Of a stretch of DNA of 64,000 nt, positions 38,925 to 48,454 are shown one piece after another. The notes beneath the pieces were generated by a model. It was not told the DNA's origin. It saw only the letters and a list, made by a program, of their open reading frames with translations, and made no database searches. The stretch is from Candidatus Omnitrophota bacterium. Its GTDB lineage: Bacteria > Omnitrophota > Gorgyraeia > Zapsychrales > Fredricksoniimonadaceae. The position numbers were made by a program, and so were the translations under genes. The DNA is taken from the NCBI GenBank assembly GCA_015233335.1, contig JADFXX010000002.1, positions 128,891-192,890 on the forward strand, in the 5' to 3' direction. Position 1 is the first letter of the stretch, and every line of letters begins with the position of its first letter.

Positions 38925-40148
38925 TTAAAATCCCCGGTCTGGGCTATCCCATACAGCAGGAGTCCCCCGTTTTTTCATCATCGCCAAAGGAAATCCAAAA
39001 ATAGTGACCGCTGCATTCAATATCCAATAAATAAGCGGATACCATATCAGCCAAAAATACATTTTATAGATTTTAGGCTCAAAGCGGCTGTCAATAATAA
39101 GCCCGATCGCCATCTGGACCAAACACGCAATTGCCAAAATAATACCGGTCCATCCTGGGACGATGCTGCGAACCATCATCGATGTTGGCAATTTTATCAA
39201 TAGCCCGATTAAATAAATACCATAAGTCATAAAAAGCATATAGGCCCAATAAATACTCACGCCATATTCTATATACAACAGCCAGATACGTCGCTGCTGC
39301 CAACTGAACATAGAATGAAAATATTTACGCAACACCTCACTGCCTCCTTGAGCCCAACGCAGGCGCTGATTCCACAAGCCTTTCATCGTTTCCGGCATAA
39401 GGATCCAGCATAACGCCCTTGGCTCATAACGGATATCCCAAAATTTAAGCTGTAATTTCCAACTGATATCGATATCCTCGGTGACCATGTCGGTACTCCA
39501 AAACCCCACGGAAAAAAGAGCACGCTTACGGAATGCCGCAATGACCCCTGATACCGTATAAACCTTTCCCAAAATACGCTGTGCACGCTTAATCATACCG
39601 ACGATTGAGGAAAATTCACCAACCTGAATTTTTCCCACAATGCTGGTACGGTTACGCACACGCGGGTTTCCGGTCACGGCCCCCACCCTTGGAAAATTCA
39701 AGAAATGCCACATAAAATATTGAATCGCACAGGGGTCAAGAAGAGCGTCTGCATCTATACAAATAAGATACTCCCCACGGGCAACCAAGGCCCCCATGGT
39801 CAAAGCCATGCCTTTACCTTGATTGGTCGCAAGCTCAACAATACGTAAACGGGAGTCCTGTGTCGAAAGTTCTCTTAAAATATTTAAGGTTTCATCCCTG
39901 GAACCATCGTCAATGACAATAATTTCATAATTAGGATATTCCTGTTTTCTTAAATAACTGATCGTGTCACGAATACACCGGGCCTCATTATGGCAGGGGA
40001 CCAAAATGGAGGCAAAAGGAAATTCGGAAAGCCGCATGTCACGATTCTTAGGCTCCCTTAAAACATGATAAATGATCCCTCCTATCATAAAAACAAAAGC
40101 CATGAACAAGGGATAATAGAAAACAAAATTGTAAATTACCTGCATCAT
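38925..40148 (-). CDS. pgaC: Poly-beta-1,6-N-acetyl-D-glucosamine synthase (GT2)
   Basis: 407 aa. Motifs VPCHNE, IDDGS, IDAD, TEDID and Q(R)RLRWAQGG. Flanking TM helices. Confidence 0.88.
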   Translation of the reverse strand: MMQVIYNFVFYYPLFMAFVFMIGGIIYHVLREPKNRDMRLSEFPFASILVPCHNEARCIRDTISYLRKQEYPNYEIIVIDDGSRDETLNILRELSTQDSRLRIVELATNQGKGMALTMGALVARGEYLICIDADALLDPCAIQYFMWHFLNFPRVGAVTGNPRVRNRTSIVGKIQVGEFSSIVGMIKRAQRILGKVYTVSGVIAAFRKRALFSVGFWSTDMVTEDIDISWKLQLKFWDIRYEPRALCWILMPETMKGLWNQRLRWAQGGSEVLRKYFHSMFSWQQRRIWLLYIEYGVSIYWAYMLFMTYGIYLIGLLIKLPTSMMVRSIVPGWTGIILAIACLVQMAIGLIIDSRFEPKIYKMYFWLIWYPLIYWILNAAVTIFGFPLAMMKKRGTPAVWDSPDRGF

Positions 40149-40156
40149 ATACTCAA

Positions 40157-42097
40157 TTAATGTCTATAAGGATAATCTTCGCTCGACATCATCTCACGGA
40201 TAACACTAGCTCGGGGGTGATCTTGAACAAAATCATCCGGATAGTACCCCACATGATGGGCCCCAAGAGCCACCAGCGCTCTTAACCAACCATTTAACAT
40301 TTCAGGTTTCAACCAGACTTTTTTGTGCCAGTCAAATGCCTGAATTTTAAAAATAGTTTTTTCTATTCCATGAGGATGGGTTCGGGCGGCATCAACTAAA
40401 TGTTTAAACCAGACTTTAAAATCCCCATGGATTTCTTCCAGATAGGGATAGACCATCACCACCGCATAATCATAAGAATCGAGGGTCTTCTGATAATTTT
40501 GGGCAAACCATTCCTCACTGTCGGGATCTAACAAAACAGGAGAATATAAATTACGGCAAAACAAAGCTTCCGGACGATAGTAACGGACTGCTTTTTTCAA
40601 ATACTCGGTCAGGTCGATCAATTGATCAGTTTTCCTCTGCATCCATTGATGGGCTTGTTGTTGGGTTAACTGCTGTGGATCTTTTATCCCCCTGCCTGTT
40701 ATCTTAAAATATTCTTTTAAGGCGTCCGGATGAAAATCTTCGAAATCCGTTAAATAACCGTCATCTTGAAAAAGAACCCCGTCAATCGCAGCATTGGAAG
40801 CCAGATCAGCGTATAACTGATAAAGTTTATCCCAAGCTTCCTGACTAAAGGGGGAAAGACGCTGATAAGATTCATCACTATCAACTATTTTGCCATGATC
40901 ATATTTCTTAACCCTAAGTGCTTGAGTTTTAGCTAAATCAGGCAAAATAATACTGCTCACTGGCATCCAAGCATAAACTTCAACCTGACAACGGGCAAAC
41001 AATTGATGAGCCACCCGGCTAAACAAGTCCATACGCATGGGCAAGACCTGATTAGGGAAATAGACAGATTTAACATTACCGGTGCCTTCTGGATCAGCAA
41101 ATGCCTGCAAAAAAACGGTCGTGACCTTCATGTCCTTAACACGATCCAAAACAGCACTTAAATTTCTCTCTATTTGCTGTGGATCCTTATCGAAAATCAT
41201 GTCTAAATCCAACTGCATGATACGCAAGTGCTCCGGGCCACCAGGCTTAATCCCTAAAAAAATCAGTAAAGAGCCGATATCAGGATTCTTAAAAAGCATG
41301 AACCGCTCAATAATGCTATCATGAGACACATCCACACGCCGGTCGTTTAAGGCAAAGGTGAGCTTAATCCCCGCCTGCTTCGCTGCTTCCTGGGTCAAAG
41401 CATTATACTTGCCATAGGGCCACGCGATAGACCGCACCTTTATATTTAATTTCTCCTCGAGCTCATTTTTGGACCGCAGAATATCATCGAAAACCCTCTC
41501 CTGATAGATCTTATCCTCTTCATAGGCATGAGTTGTAATATCAAATGAATGGGCGGTCGCTGCAGCATCAGCATTACCCTGAGGATTATAAACGATCACT
41601 TGATGGAGACTATGCGTGTGCGAGGCTATCTCCACCAACCCACTGTGGGCCACCTCTTTAAGCTGATCCCATGTCATGAGCTTTTGTCTAACCACTAACG
41701 GTTTTTTATCAAGCCATCCGGAAACAACAGCCAGCAGACTTGGAATCTTGTATTCTTTCAGAAGAGGGAAAACAAAATCGTAAAATGTGGCATAACCGTC
41801 ATCAAAGGTTAAAAGAACAGGTTTTGAAGGAAGCGCTTTAATCCCGGTCTGAGCCTGAATAAGATCATCCAAGCTGACAAAATGAAAATTATGCATTCGG
41901 AAATATTCAATAGTTTGAATAAAAGTCCCTTCATCCACCGCATAATTATCCAAATTTACATCTTTCGGAATATCGTGATAACACAAAACGATCAGATCAT
42001 TCTTGGGCTTGTCCCCTGCAGTAGACACATCAGGCAGACACCACGTCAGGACCATGCCTAGAATTATCACAGGTAGAATTTTAAAATTATGCCCCAC
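40157..42097 (-). CDS. pgaB: PNAG N-deacetylase PgaB
   Basis: 646 aa. N-terminal polysaccharide-deacetylase domain (LTFDDGY...HTHSLH) plus a C-terminal GH-like domain. Signal/lipoprotein-like N-terminus. Confidence 0.85.
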   Translation of the reverse strand: MGHNFKILPVIILGMVLTWCLPDVSTAGDKPKNDLIVLCYHDIPKDVNLDNYAVDEGTFIQTIEYFRMHNFHFVSLDDLIQAQTGIKALPSKPVLLTFDDGYATFYDFVFPLLKEYKIPSLLAVVSGWLDKKPLVVRQKLMTWDQLKEVAHSGLVEIASHTHSLHQVIVYNPQGNADAAATAHSFDITTHAYEEDKIYQERVFDDILRSKNELEEKLNIKVRSIAWPYGKYNALTQEAAKQAGIKLTFALNDRRVDVSHDSIIERFMLFKNPDIGSLLIFLGIKPGGPEHLRIMQLDLDMIFDKDPQQIERNLSAVLDRVKDMKVTTVFLQAFADPEGTGNVKSVYFPNQVLPMRMDLFSRVAHQLFARCQVEVYAWMPVSSIILPDLAKTQALRVKKYDHGKIVDSDESYQRLSPFSQEAWDKLYQLYADLASNAAIDGVLFQDDGYLTDFEDFHPDALKEYFKITGRGIKDPQQLTQQQAHQWMQRKTDQLIDLTEYLKKAVRYYRPEALFCRNLYSPVLLDPDSEEWFAQNYQKTLDSYDYAVVMVYPYLEEIHGDFKVWFKHLVDAARTHPHGIEKTIFKIQAFDWHKKVWLKPEMLNGWLRALVALGAHHVGYYPDDFVQDHPRASVIREMMSSEDYPYRH

Positions 42098-42111
42098 CAG
42101 TCACTCCCTAA

Positions 42112-44145
42112 TTAAAATTTTTGCCGGACCGTCCAGTAGGTATCAAGCACATTCATATGCTGGCCGGTGTAATACTCAAGTGAATACGTCAACCCTACCA
42201 AGAAACTTAGTGTATCTGAAGCCTTATACTCTACTTCTTCACGCAAATACCCCACATTTTTATCACTGATACTATATTCCCATTGCTGACCTAATCCTAT
42301 ATAAAAACGATCAGAAAACTGCTTTTCATAAAGCTTGTACCAAATATGTTCCACATTAGGGATCAAATAAAAATCATAAACTTTCTTGGGGCTATAATAA
42401 TCCACCGCCTGCTTGGAAAAAGTTCTGGCATCAAACTCTGTTCCTAAACGCCATCTCCAGTACGCAAAAGTCCGAATGGCTGAATCTGTCGTCCACTGAT
42501 AATTCCAATTCGCGTTGCCATCTTGAAAATTCTTCAAATCTGCTGATAAACCGGTATCAAACGATTCGTTAAGACGCAATAAACTGGATAAAGAATAATC
42601 CTGAACATTTTCACCTGGCGCACGGCTGACTAAAGGAATATCGATTGTTCGTGAATCATAATGAAAGGTATGTGTCCAATGATCATCAGGGGTAAATGCA
42701 ACCTCAGAAATACCCCCTATTCTCTGCCCGGTGTTATAATCTCCGGTCAGCGCCTCTGTTAATTTCCAGGCATTATCAGGACGGTAAATATCCCCTAGAT
42801 AAAAACGTTGTGTCAGATAATGTCCTCCCCCAGTTGAGATAAATTCGGTGTTTCGACGAATAAGCTCGAAAAATAATTGGTTATGATCGTTGATGCGCTC
42901 ATCCAGACGATTAGATAAATAAAATTCGTCATCGCCGATAATTTCATGTGTATAATAGCCGCTCATGGTCCACATGGCCATATCATCCACATCCATTTGA
43001 CGTTTGGCTTCAAGCACTTGGGGATCCCTGGGGTATTGTCCGCTCAAAGATTTCAGCATCAAGCGCCCTTGGGCCTGGTGCATATTGTCATAAAGCGCGC
43101 GCGCAAACCCGAGTTCTGCCGGAAGCAAGGAAGGGTCCATCGTGTGGATGATACGAAATTCCTCCAAAGCCCGACGCGGCCATCCACGCCATAAATAAAG
43201 ATGGGCCATAGCGGAAAGAATCTGGGTATCCATCGGAGCTGCGTTAAAATACTGATCCCCGATTTTCTGGGCTTTTTTCAAACGATCCTGATACATCAGA
43301 AGCCAAATTTTATTATAGGAGATCTCTTCCTTGTGGGGATTATCCCTCATGATGCCCCGTTCTTTGATTTGAACAGGTTCCAGGCGGTCCATGGATTCCA
43401 AAAGCTCACCGGCCTGCTGGTAACGTCCTAAATCAATGAAGGTATAATAAATGGCTATTTTGACATTAAAAGAATCCGGTTCACTTTTCAAAACAGATTG
43501 ATACAAACTCAAGGCCTTTTTAGGTTGCCATTTTGCAAGATAGGCATCCCCCGCAGCCTCTTTAATCCAAGAGGGTATTTCGATCTTCTCCTGAAGCGCT
43601 TTTTGATAATCTGCAACAATTTCATCAAACCTGTTCTTTTCCTTTAAAATCAAAATGTTGTCCCAACGCGAACGATTCTCTTCAACTCCAGCCGCCTGTA
43701 AATTAATATTGATCTTGTTGTCCCGGGCCCGCGCGTAATCCTCTTGTTGCTTTTCTTTCTTTAACTGAATCGCAGCAATAGCCTCTTGCGGTTCATCCCA
43801 ACGAATATACATCGCAGCCAAATTCCCGCGAGCCCGTTGACATAAAACAGGATCAGAGTAAGGATTTTGAATGGACAGCTCAAGTGCCAAAGAATTAGCA
43901 CCCAATTCCATCAATGCACGCATTTTTAAATTGAAAGCAGCTTGATTATTTGGATACTGCTTCAAGATATAATTGTAGACTTTAACTGCTGAGAAATAAT
44001 CTCTGTGGAATTCTAACATTTCAGCTTTTGACATCAGACTTTGATAAGAATCCGAACCTTGCACAGAGGAAGCAATCTGGCCTAAGGCCAAAGAGCTATT
44101 CAATAAAACCAGAAATGATACAAACAGCTGTAAATAAATCATCAA
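42112..44145 (-). CDS. pgaA: PNAG export porin PgaA (TPR plus beta-barrel)
   Basis: 677 aa. Signal peptide, an N-terminal TPR-rich half, an aromatic-rich beta-barrel half ending ...YWTVRQKF. First gene of the pga order. Confidence 0.8.
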   Translation of the reverse strand: MMIYLQLFVSFLVLLNSSLALGQIASSVQGSDSYQSLMSKAEMLEFHRDYFSAVKVYNYILKQYPNNQAAFNLKMRALMELGANSLALELSIQNPYSDPVLCQRARGNLAAMYIRWDEPQEAIAAIQLKKEKQQEDYARARDNKININLQAAGVEENRSRWDNILILKEKNRFDEIVADYQKALQEKIEIPSWIKEAAGDAYLAKWQPKKALSLYQSVLKSEPDSFNVKIAIYYTFIDLGRYQQAGELLESMDRLEPVQIKERGIMRDNPHKEEISYNKIWLLMYQDRLKKAQKIGDQYFNAAPMDTQILSAMAHLYLWRGWPRRALEEFRIIHTMDPSLLPAELGFARALYDNMHQAQGRLMLKSLSGQYPRDPQVLEAKRQMDVDDMAMWTMSGYYTHEIIGDDEFYLSNRLDERINDHNQLFFELIRRNTEFISTGGGHYLTQRFYLGDIYRPDNAWKLTEALTGDYNTGQRIGGISEVAFTPDDHWTHTFHYDSRTIDIPLVSRAPGENVQDYSLSSLLRLNESFDTGLSADLKNFQDGNANWNYQWTTDSAIRTFAYWRWRLGTEFDARTFSKQAVDYYSPKKVYDFYLIPNVEHIWYKLYEKQFSDRFYIGLGQQWEYSISDKNVGYLREEVEYKASDTLSFLVGLTYSLEYYTGQHMNVLDTYWTVRQKF

Positions 44146-44161
44146 AATTTTTTCTCAAAAA

Positions 44162-44833
44162 CTAGATTCTATCTAATAAACGCAATAAACCGTCAAGCGT
44201 TGTCAAAGGATGTGGCGGGCAGCCCGGTATAAAAAGATCAACAGGGAGGATAGTATCAAGTCCTAAAGAAACTTGCGGGCCATCCCTGAATATCCCACCT
44301 GAAATTGCACACCCTCCCAAAGCAATCACAATCTTAGGTGAGGGCAGGGCTTCATAGGTTTTAAGGAGCGCCTCGCGCATATTTTTTGTGATCGGGCCAG
44401 TCACTACAATGCCATCAGCATGCCGGGGAGAAGCCACAAACTGGATACCAAATCGTGAGAGATCAAAAACCGGAGTATTTAAAACATTTAAATCCAGCTC
44501 GCAGGCATTACAGCCTCCGGCTGAGACTTGTCTCAGCTTAAGCGAGCGGCCAAATATTTTAAGCATTTTATCCTCTAAAGCAGAGGCCAACACCTTTTCA
44601 CGGCCTGAAGACAAAATCAAGTCTTCTCGACCAGATGTGGACATTTGATAATCATTAGAAAAACTAAAACCGCTATCCGGATCAAAAGAAATTCTTCCCA
44701 TATCGACAATGTCATTTTGTCCTGCAATAATCGGGCGCCCGCGATAGCGCTCAGGCAACGCCGGCGCAGGAGCCTTAGGAAAAAATATGGTCTTGCAACC
44801 TTGTTTAAAACGTGCTTTAAGGATTTTTAACAT
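44162..44833 (-). CDS. NuoB/HycG-like small subunit with a NuoI-like cluster-less N-terminal extension (Ehr-type S subunit)
   Basis: 223 aa. [4Fe-4S] ligand pattern GGCNAC...GGCAISGG...IPGCPPHP. The N-terminal 90 aa carry LPERYRGRP and EDLILSSGREK segments but no CxxCxxCxxxCP motif. Confidence 0.8.
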   Translation of the reverse strand: MLKILKARFKQGCKTIFFPKAPAPALPERYRGRPIIAGQNDIVDMGRISFDPDSGFSFSNDYQMSTSGREDLILSSGREKVLASALEDKMLKIFGRSLKLRQVSAGGCNACELDLNVLNTPVFDLSRFGIQFVASPRHADGIVVTGPITKNMREALLKTYEALPSPKIVIALGGCAISGGIFRDGPQVSLGLDTILPVDLFIPGCPPHPLTTLDGLLRLLDRI

Positions 44834-44850
44834 AAATTTATTTTTCTATA

Positions 44851-46362
44851 CTATAAATCATGCCCACAATAGGACAAATTGAAACTTTTATTACACAAAG
44901 GAAAATCAGAAATTTCCTGACCTCGCATGGCATAGGCCAGCCCAAACCAGTTATGAAATGAGGGATCTTTGATCTTATAACGTCCAAAGCCGCCTTGGTT
45001 ATCGCTAATACCAACATGCATGATCTCTCCTCGCCAGCCTTCAACCATAGACACCGCCACCGTATCTGGTTTCATTGGCCCCGGAGCCACAAAAATATCT
45101 CCTGCTGGCAAAGAAGGTAAAACCCGTAGCAAAAATTCCAAGGACCTTAGGACCTCCTGACTTCGCACTAAAGCTCTAGCATAGACATCCCCGGTCGCCC
45201 CTAAAGAAATCGGCACATGTTGAAACTGCCACATCCCTGAAGCATAATTGATCCTGACATCACATTCCATCTGACTGGCACGTCCGGCAGGTCCTACCAG
45301 CCCAATCTCTTTAGCATCCTTAGGAGAAACGATCCCCACCCCTTCAAAGCGCGCTAATACTGACGGTCTGGTAAATAAAAGATCACTGACATCTTTAAAT
45401 TCATCCCTATATTTTTTTAACTTAAGACAAAAATCATTGGCCATTTTGTTATCAATATCGAATAAAACTCCCCCTGGCCGGCATAACCCCTTACCGAAAC
45501 GATTACCAGTTAAAATCAAAAGCAGATTTAAATAATCCCCCCGCATACGTCCAAAATAAGCACTCGTAGGTAAAAACCCAGCATCCATGCCAAGCGCGCC
45601 TAAATCTCCAACATGATTAGCTAATCTCTCCAGCTCTAAAGCAATGGCCCGGATCGCCTGGGCTCGAGGTGTAATACTACACCCTGTTAAGGATTCAACC
45701 ACTTCAGAAAAAGCCGTGGAATGTCCGATAGATGTGTCACCGACAATCGATTCGCTTAAAAGCATGCTTCGCCTTAAATCCTGCCCCTGCATCATCGGTT
45801 CAATACCCCGATGTTGATAGCCTAATTGGATTTCCAAATGCAGGATCTCCTCTCCGTGACATTGAAAACGGAAATGCCCGGGCTCGATGATCCCCGCATG
45901 AACCGGTCCTACCCCAATTTCATGGACCTCTTCCCCTTCCACAGCGTAAAATGGATATCCTCCCGGGATTATTTTGTCGTTAATACCCTGCCAAATATCC
46001 TCTGCCTGACGATAGTTGGAATGGTATCTTAATGGCTTAAGCCATGGGTGCCCCACGGGTTTGACGGCCCACTGTTCTGCAATCTCGCGCTCAAATAAAT
46101 GCGCTTGCGTAAGATCTTTTGTTAAAGATTCATATTGAGGGGATTCTAAACTAATAAAAGTCGATAAAATGTCAAGTCTGGCCTCTTCGTCTACCCCAAG
46201 AACAGCCAATAAACGCAGGTATCCGTTTGTCTCCAAAATCCCGAACAAATTCACCAGACGGGAAGACTCACCGCAAGATTCAATGATCTGCGCTCGGAAT
46301 TTTTCAACAACTAAGACCGGAATATTCGATAAAGATATTTTTCCACCATTAAAAAGTGCCAT
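44851..46362 (-). CDS. Fused NuoC + NuoD/HycE-like large subunit lacking NiFe-binding cysteines (Ehr-type L subunit)
   Basis: 503 aa. NuoC-like FEREIAEQWAVKPVGHP, then GPVHAGIIEPGHFRF. The L1 site reads ESIVGDTSIGHS instead of ERxCGICxxxHS. The C-terminus reads NLSYCGHDL instead of DPCxxCxxR. Confidence 0.8.
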   Translation of the reverse strand: MALFNGGKISLSNIPVLVVEKFRAQIIESCGESSRLVNLFGILETNGYLRLLAVLGVDEEARLDILSTFISLESPQYESLTKDLTQAHLFEREIAEQWAVKPVGHPWLKPLRYHSNYRQAEDIWQGINDKIIPGGYPFYAVEGEEVHEIGVGPVHAGIIEPGHFRFQCHGEEILHLEIQLGYQHRGIEPMMQGQDLRRSMLLSESIVGDTSIGHSTAFSEVVESLTGCSITPRAQAIRAIALELERLANHVGDLGALGMDAGFLPTSAYFGRMRGDYLNLLLILTGNRFGKGLCRPGGVLFDIDNKMANDFCLKLKKYRDEFKDVSDLLFTRPSVLARFEGVGIVSPKDAKEIGLVGPAGRASQMECDVRINYASGMWQFQHVPISLGATGDVYARALVRSQEVLRSLEFLLRVLPSLPAGDIFVAPGPMKPDTVAVSMVEGWRGEIMHVGISDNQGGFGRYKIKDPSFHNWFGLAYAMRGQEISDFPLCNKSFNLSYCGHDL

Positions 46363-46367
46363 AAACT

Positions 46368-47780
46368 TTAAACAGCTCCGATTAATTTGACTGCATTGTT
46401 GATCATTTTCTCAAGCCCGATCGGCATCCATAACCCGAGACCAACCAACAGCACGACAGCAAGTAGAATAGCCGCATTCATAGACGTGTTCTCTTTCTTT
46501 GCAAGAAGCGGTTCACGGGGCTTGCCATGAACAACCCCAAGAACAATTTTGGCGACTCCGATAAACATGACACCCAAACAAACAACACCCCCTGCGGCCA
46601 GACAATAATGCCTTGACGTGATCGCCGCATTAAGTATCAAAAGTTCACTATGAAATGTCGCAAAAGGAAACATGCCAGTTCCCGCCAAAAAGGCCGCGAC
46701 CAGTAAAATACCTGTCAACGGATAAATATGAATAATACCCTTAACTTCATCCGCTCTACTGGAACCATATTTCTGGGCAATAGAACCCGCCGTCAAGAAC
46801 ATGACGGACTTGGCCAAAGCATTATTGATCATATGAAACAACGCCCCAAATAAACCAACAGCACCCAGCCCAAGACCTAAAACCAAAAGACCCATATTTT
46901 CGATAGAAGAGTACGCAAATGCCCTTTTAATACTCTTTTCTCCTAAAATAAACAAGGCCGGGACTAGCAGTGATAACATCCCTGAAACAATCAGAATGGA
47001 AGAATAAAATTCTGTTAAACCTGCTTTGTTACAAACCTGAGCGATACGAAGCAAAGCCAAAAAAGAACATTGAGTCAATGCCCCAGCCATAATAACTCCA
47101 ACCATTCCTGTCGCCTGCCCATAAGCATCAGGTTTCCAACTATGGGTTGGAGCCAATCCCATTTTGCAACCATAACCAACGATAAAGAAAATGATGCTAA
47201 GCTTCATCCAATTCAAAGATAATGAAGATGATCCTTTTAAAATAGCCGGAAGCAAAAGAGTGTGCACATCGTGGGCCGCAATAGCAAGAAAAAATGTGCC
47301 CATCAATCCTAAAGCGATACCAACAGAACAAACCAGCAAATACCGCCATGTTGCCTGAAGACTTTGCTGATTGCGGTGATAACTGATCAAAGGCGCGCTA
47401 AACAAGGTCGTAGCTTCAATCGACACCCACAAAAGGCCAAAATGATAACTAACGGCAACCAGCGTCATCGTTGAAAGCAAACATAATAGACATACTGTTA
47501 AAAGACGATTGCTTCGAGGCTCATGCTTGAAATAACCAATCATAAAAACAGATACTGACAAAAAGAGGAAACTGACTATCGACAGCAGGATCAAACCCAA
47601 AGGATCAAGCACTAAAAAGCCGTTAAACTCAACCGGAGGCCTCTGCATCCAGAATAAAGCAACAATCAGTCCATGACAAAAAGAAACAGCTATGAACAGC
47701 TTAAGAATAAACTTCTTGCTCACTGGCAAAAAAATGCCCAGAGCGCTTATAAACGGCAATAAGATCAAAAGAGTCAACAT
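46368..47780 (-). CDS. NuoN/NuoM/Mrp-type antiporter-like membrane subunit
   Basis: 470 aa polytopic protein. GYGCKMGLAPTHSWKPDAYGQA matches the proton-pumping subunit signature. Confidence 0.8.
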   Translation of the reverse strand: MLTLLILLPFISALGIFLPVSKKFILKLFIAVSFCHGLIVALFWMQRPPVEFNGFLVLDPLGLILLSIVSFLFLSVSVFMIGYFKHEPRSNRLLTVCLLCLLSTMTLVAVSYHFGLLWVSIEATTLFSAPLISYHRNQQSLQATWRYLLVCSVGIALGLMGTFFLAIAAHDVHTLLLPAILKGSSSLSLNWMKLSIIFFIVGYGCKMGLAPTHSWKPDAYGQATGMVGVIMAGALTQCSFLALLRIAQVCNKAGLTEFYSSILIVSGMLSLLVPALFILGEKSIKRAFAYSSIENMGLLVLGLGLGAVGLFGALFHMINNALAKSVMFLTAGSIAQKYGSSRADEVKGIIHIYPLTGILLVAAFLAGTGMFPFATFHSELLILNAAITSRHYCLAAGGVVCLGVMFIGVAKIVLGVVHGKPREPLLAKKENTSMNAAILLAVVLLVGLGLWMPIGLEKMINNAVKLIGAV

Positions 47781-47793
47781 CCAACTTCCTTTT

Positions 47794-48447
47794 TTAAAAC
47801 GTTTCCCCCATCTTCGAGAACGTTACCGAAGCCGGGTTTTTCTCAAACTCTTCATTAATATGATTGACCACAATGGCCATGATAAATACAGCCACGAAAA
47901 TATCCAGAAGAATGCCCATTTCGATCAAGACCGGCATCACGTCAAATAATGACACCGCAAAAAGAAAAATTCCGTTTTCCATGATCAAATACCCCAGCAC
48001 TTGGGTGACCGCCCGGGTGCGGGTAACCATGATCATAAACCCTAAAAGCACCGTCGAAAGGGAGCATGGCAAGATAAGATCCGAAGCGGGCTTCCCCGGA
48101 AGCTTTAGGGATAACGAGACCCAAAAGGCCCCGGCAATGATCATCGCTCCTAAAATAATGGACGCTGATAATCCTATAATAGGCTTGACTTCCGAACGCA
48201 TGGACACATGCCGAATGGCCCAAAATAAAATAGAAGGTACCAGAACCGCCTTAAGGACCATTGTGACAACCCCTAAAATGACGTCACGGTTTGAAATACA
48301 GAAAGCATGCAAGAAAAACGGCAATAGCCCCAGGACAAAAGACTGAATGGCAAAAATCCGAATCATGGCAGCAACACGATAATTGGACAATATAATAAGA
48401 GATAAAAATACCACCGTAATACAGATGACATCAACCCAGCTTGTCAT
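47794..48447 (-). CDS. HyfE/NuoK-like small membrane subunit
   Basis: 217 aa, about 7 TM helices. Size and position match hydrogenase-4 component E-like subunits. Confidence 0.6.
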   Translation of the reverse strand: MTSWVDVICITVVFLSLIILSNYRVAAMIRIFAIQSFVLGLLPFFLHAFCISNRDVILGVVTMVLKAVLVPSILFWAIRHVSMRSEVKPIIGLSASIILGAMIIAGAFWVSLSLKLPGKPASDLILPCSLSTVLLGFMIMVTRTRAVTQVLGYLIMENGIFLFAVSLFDVMPVLIEMGILLDIFVAVFIMAIVVNHINEEFEKNPASVTFSKMGETF

Positions 48448-48454
48448 ATCTTTT

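Noticed and set aside
44851-46362. Calling this gene a formate-hydrogenlyase / hydrogenase-4 [NiFe] large subunit (HycE/HyfG).
   Set aside because: The L1 and L2 metal-ligand cysteines are absent when read directly from the sequence. No maturation (hyp, hycI) or FDH genes are nearby. It is therefore annotated only as hydrogenase-related.
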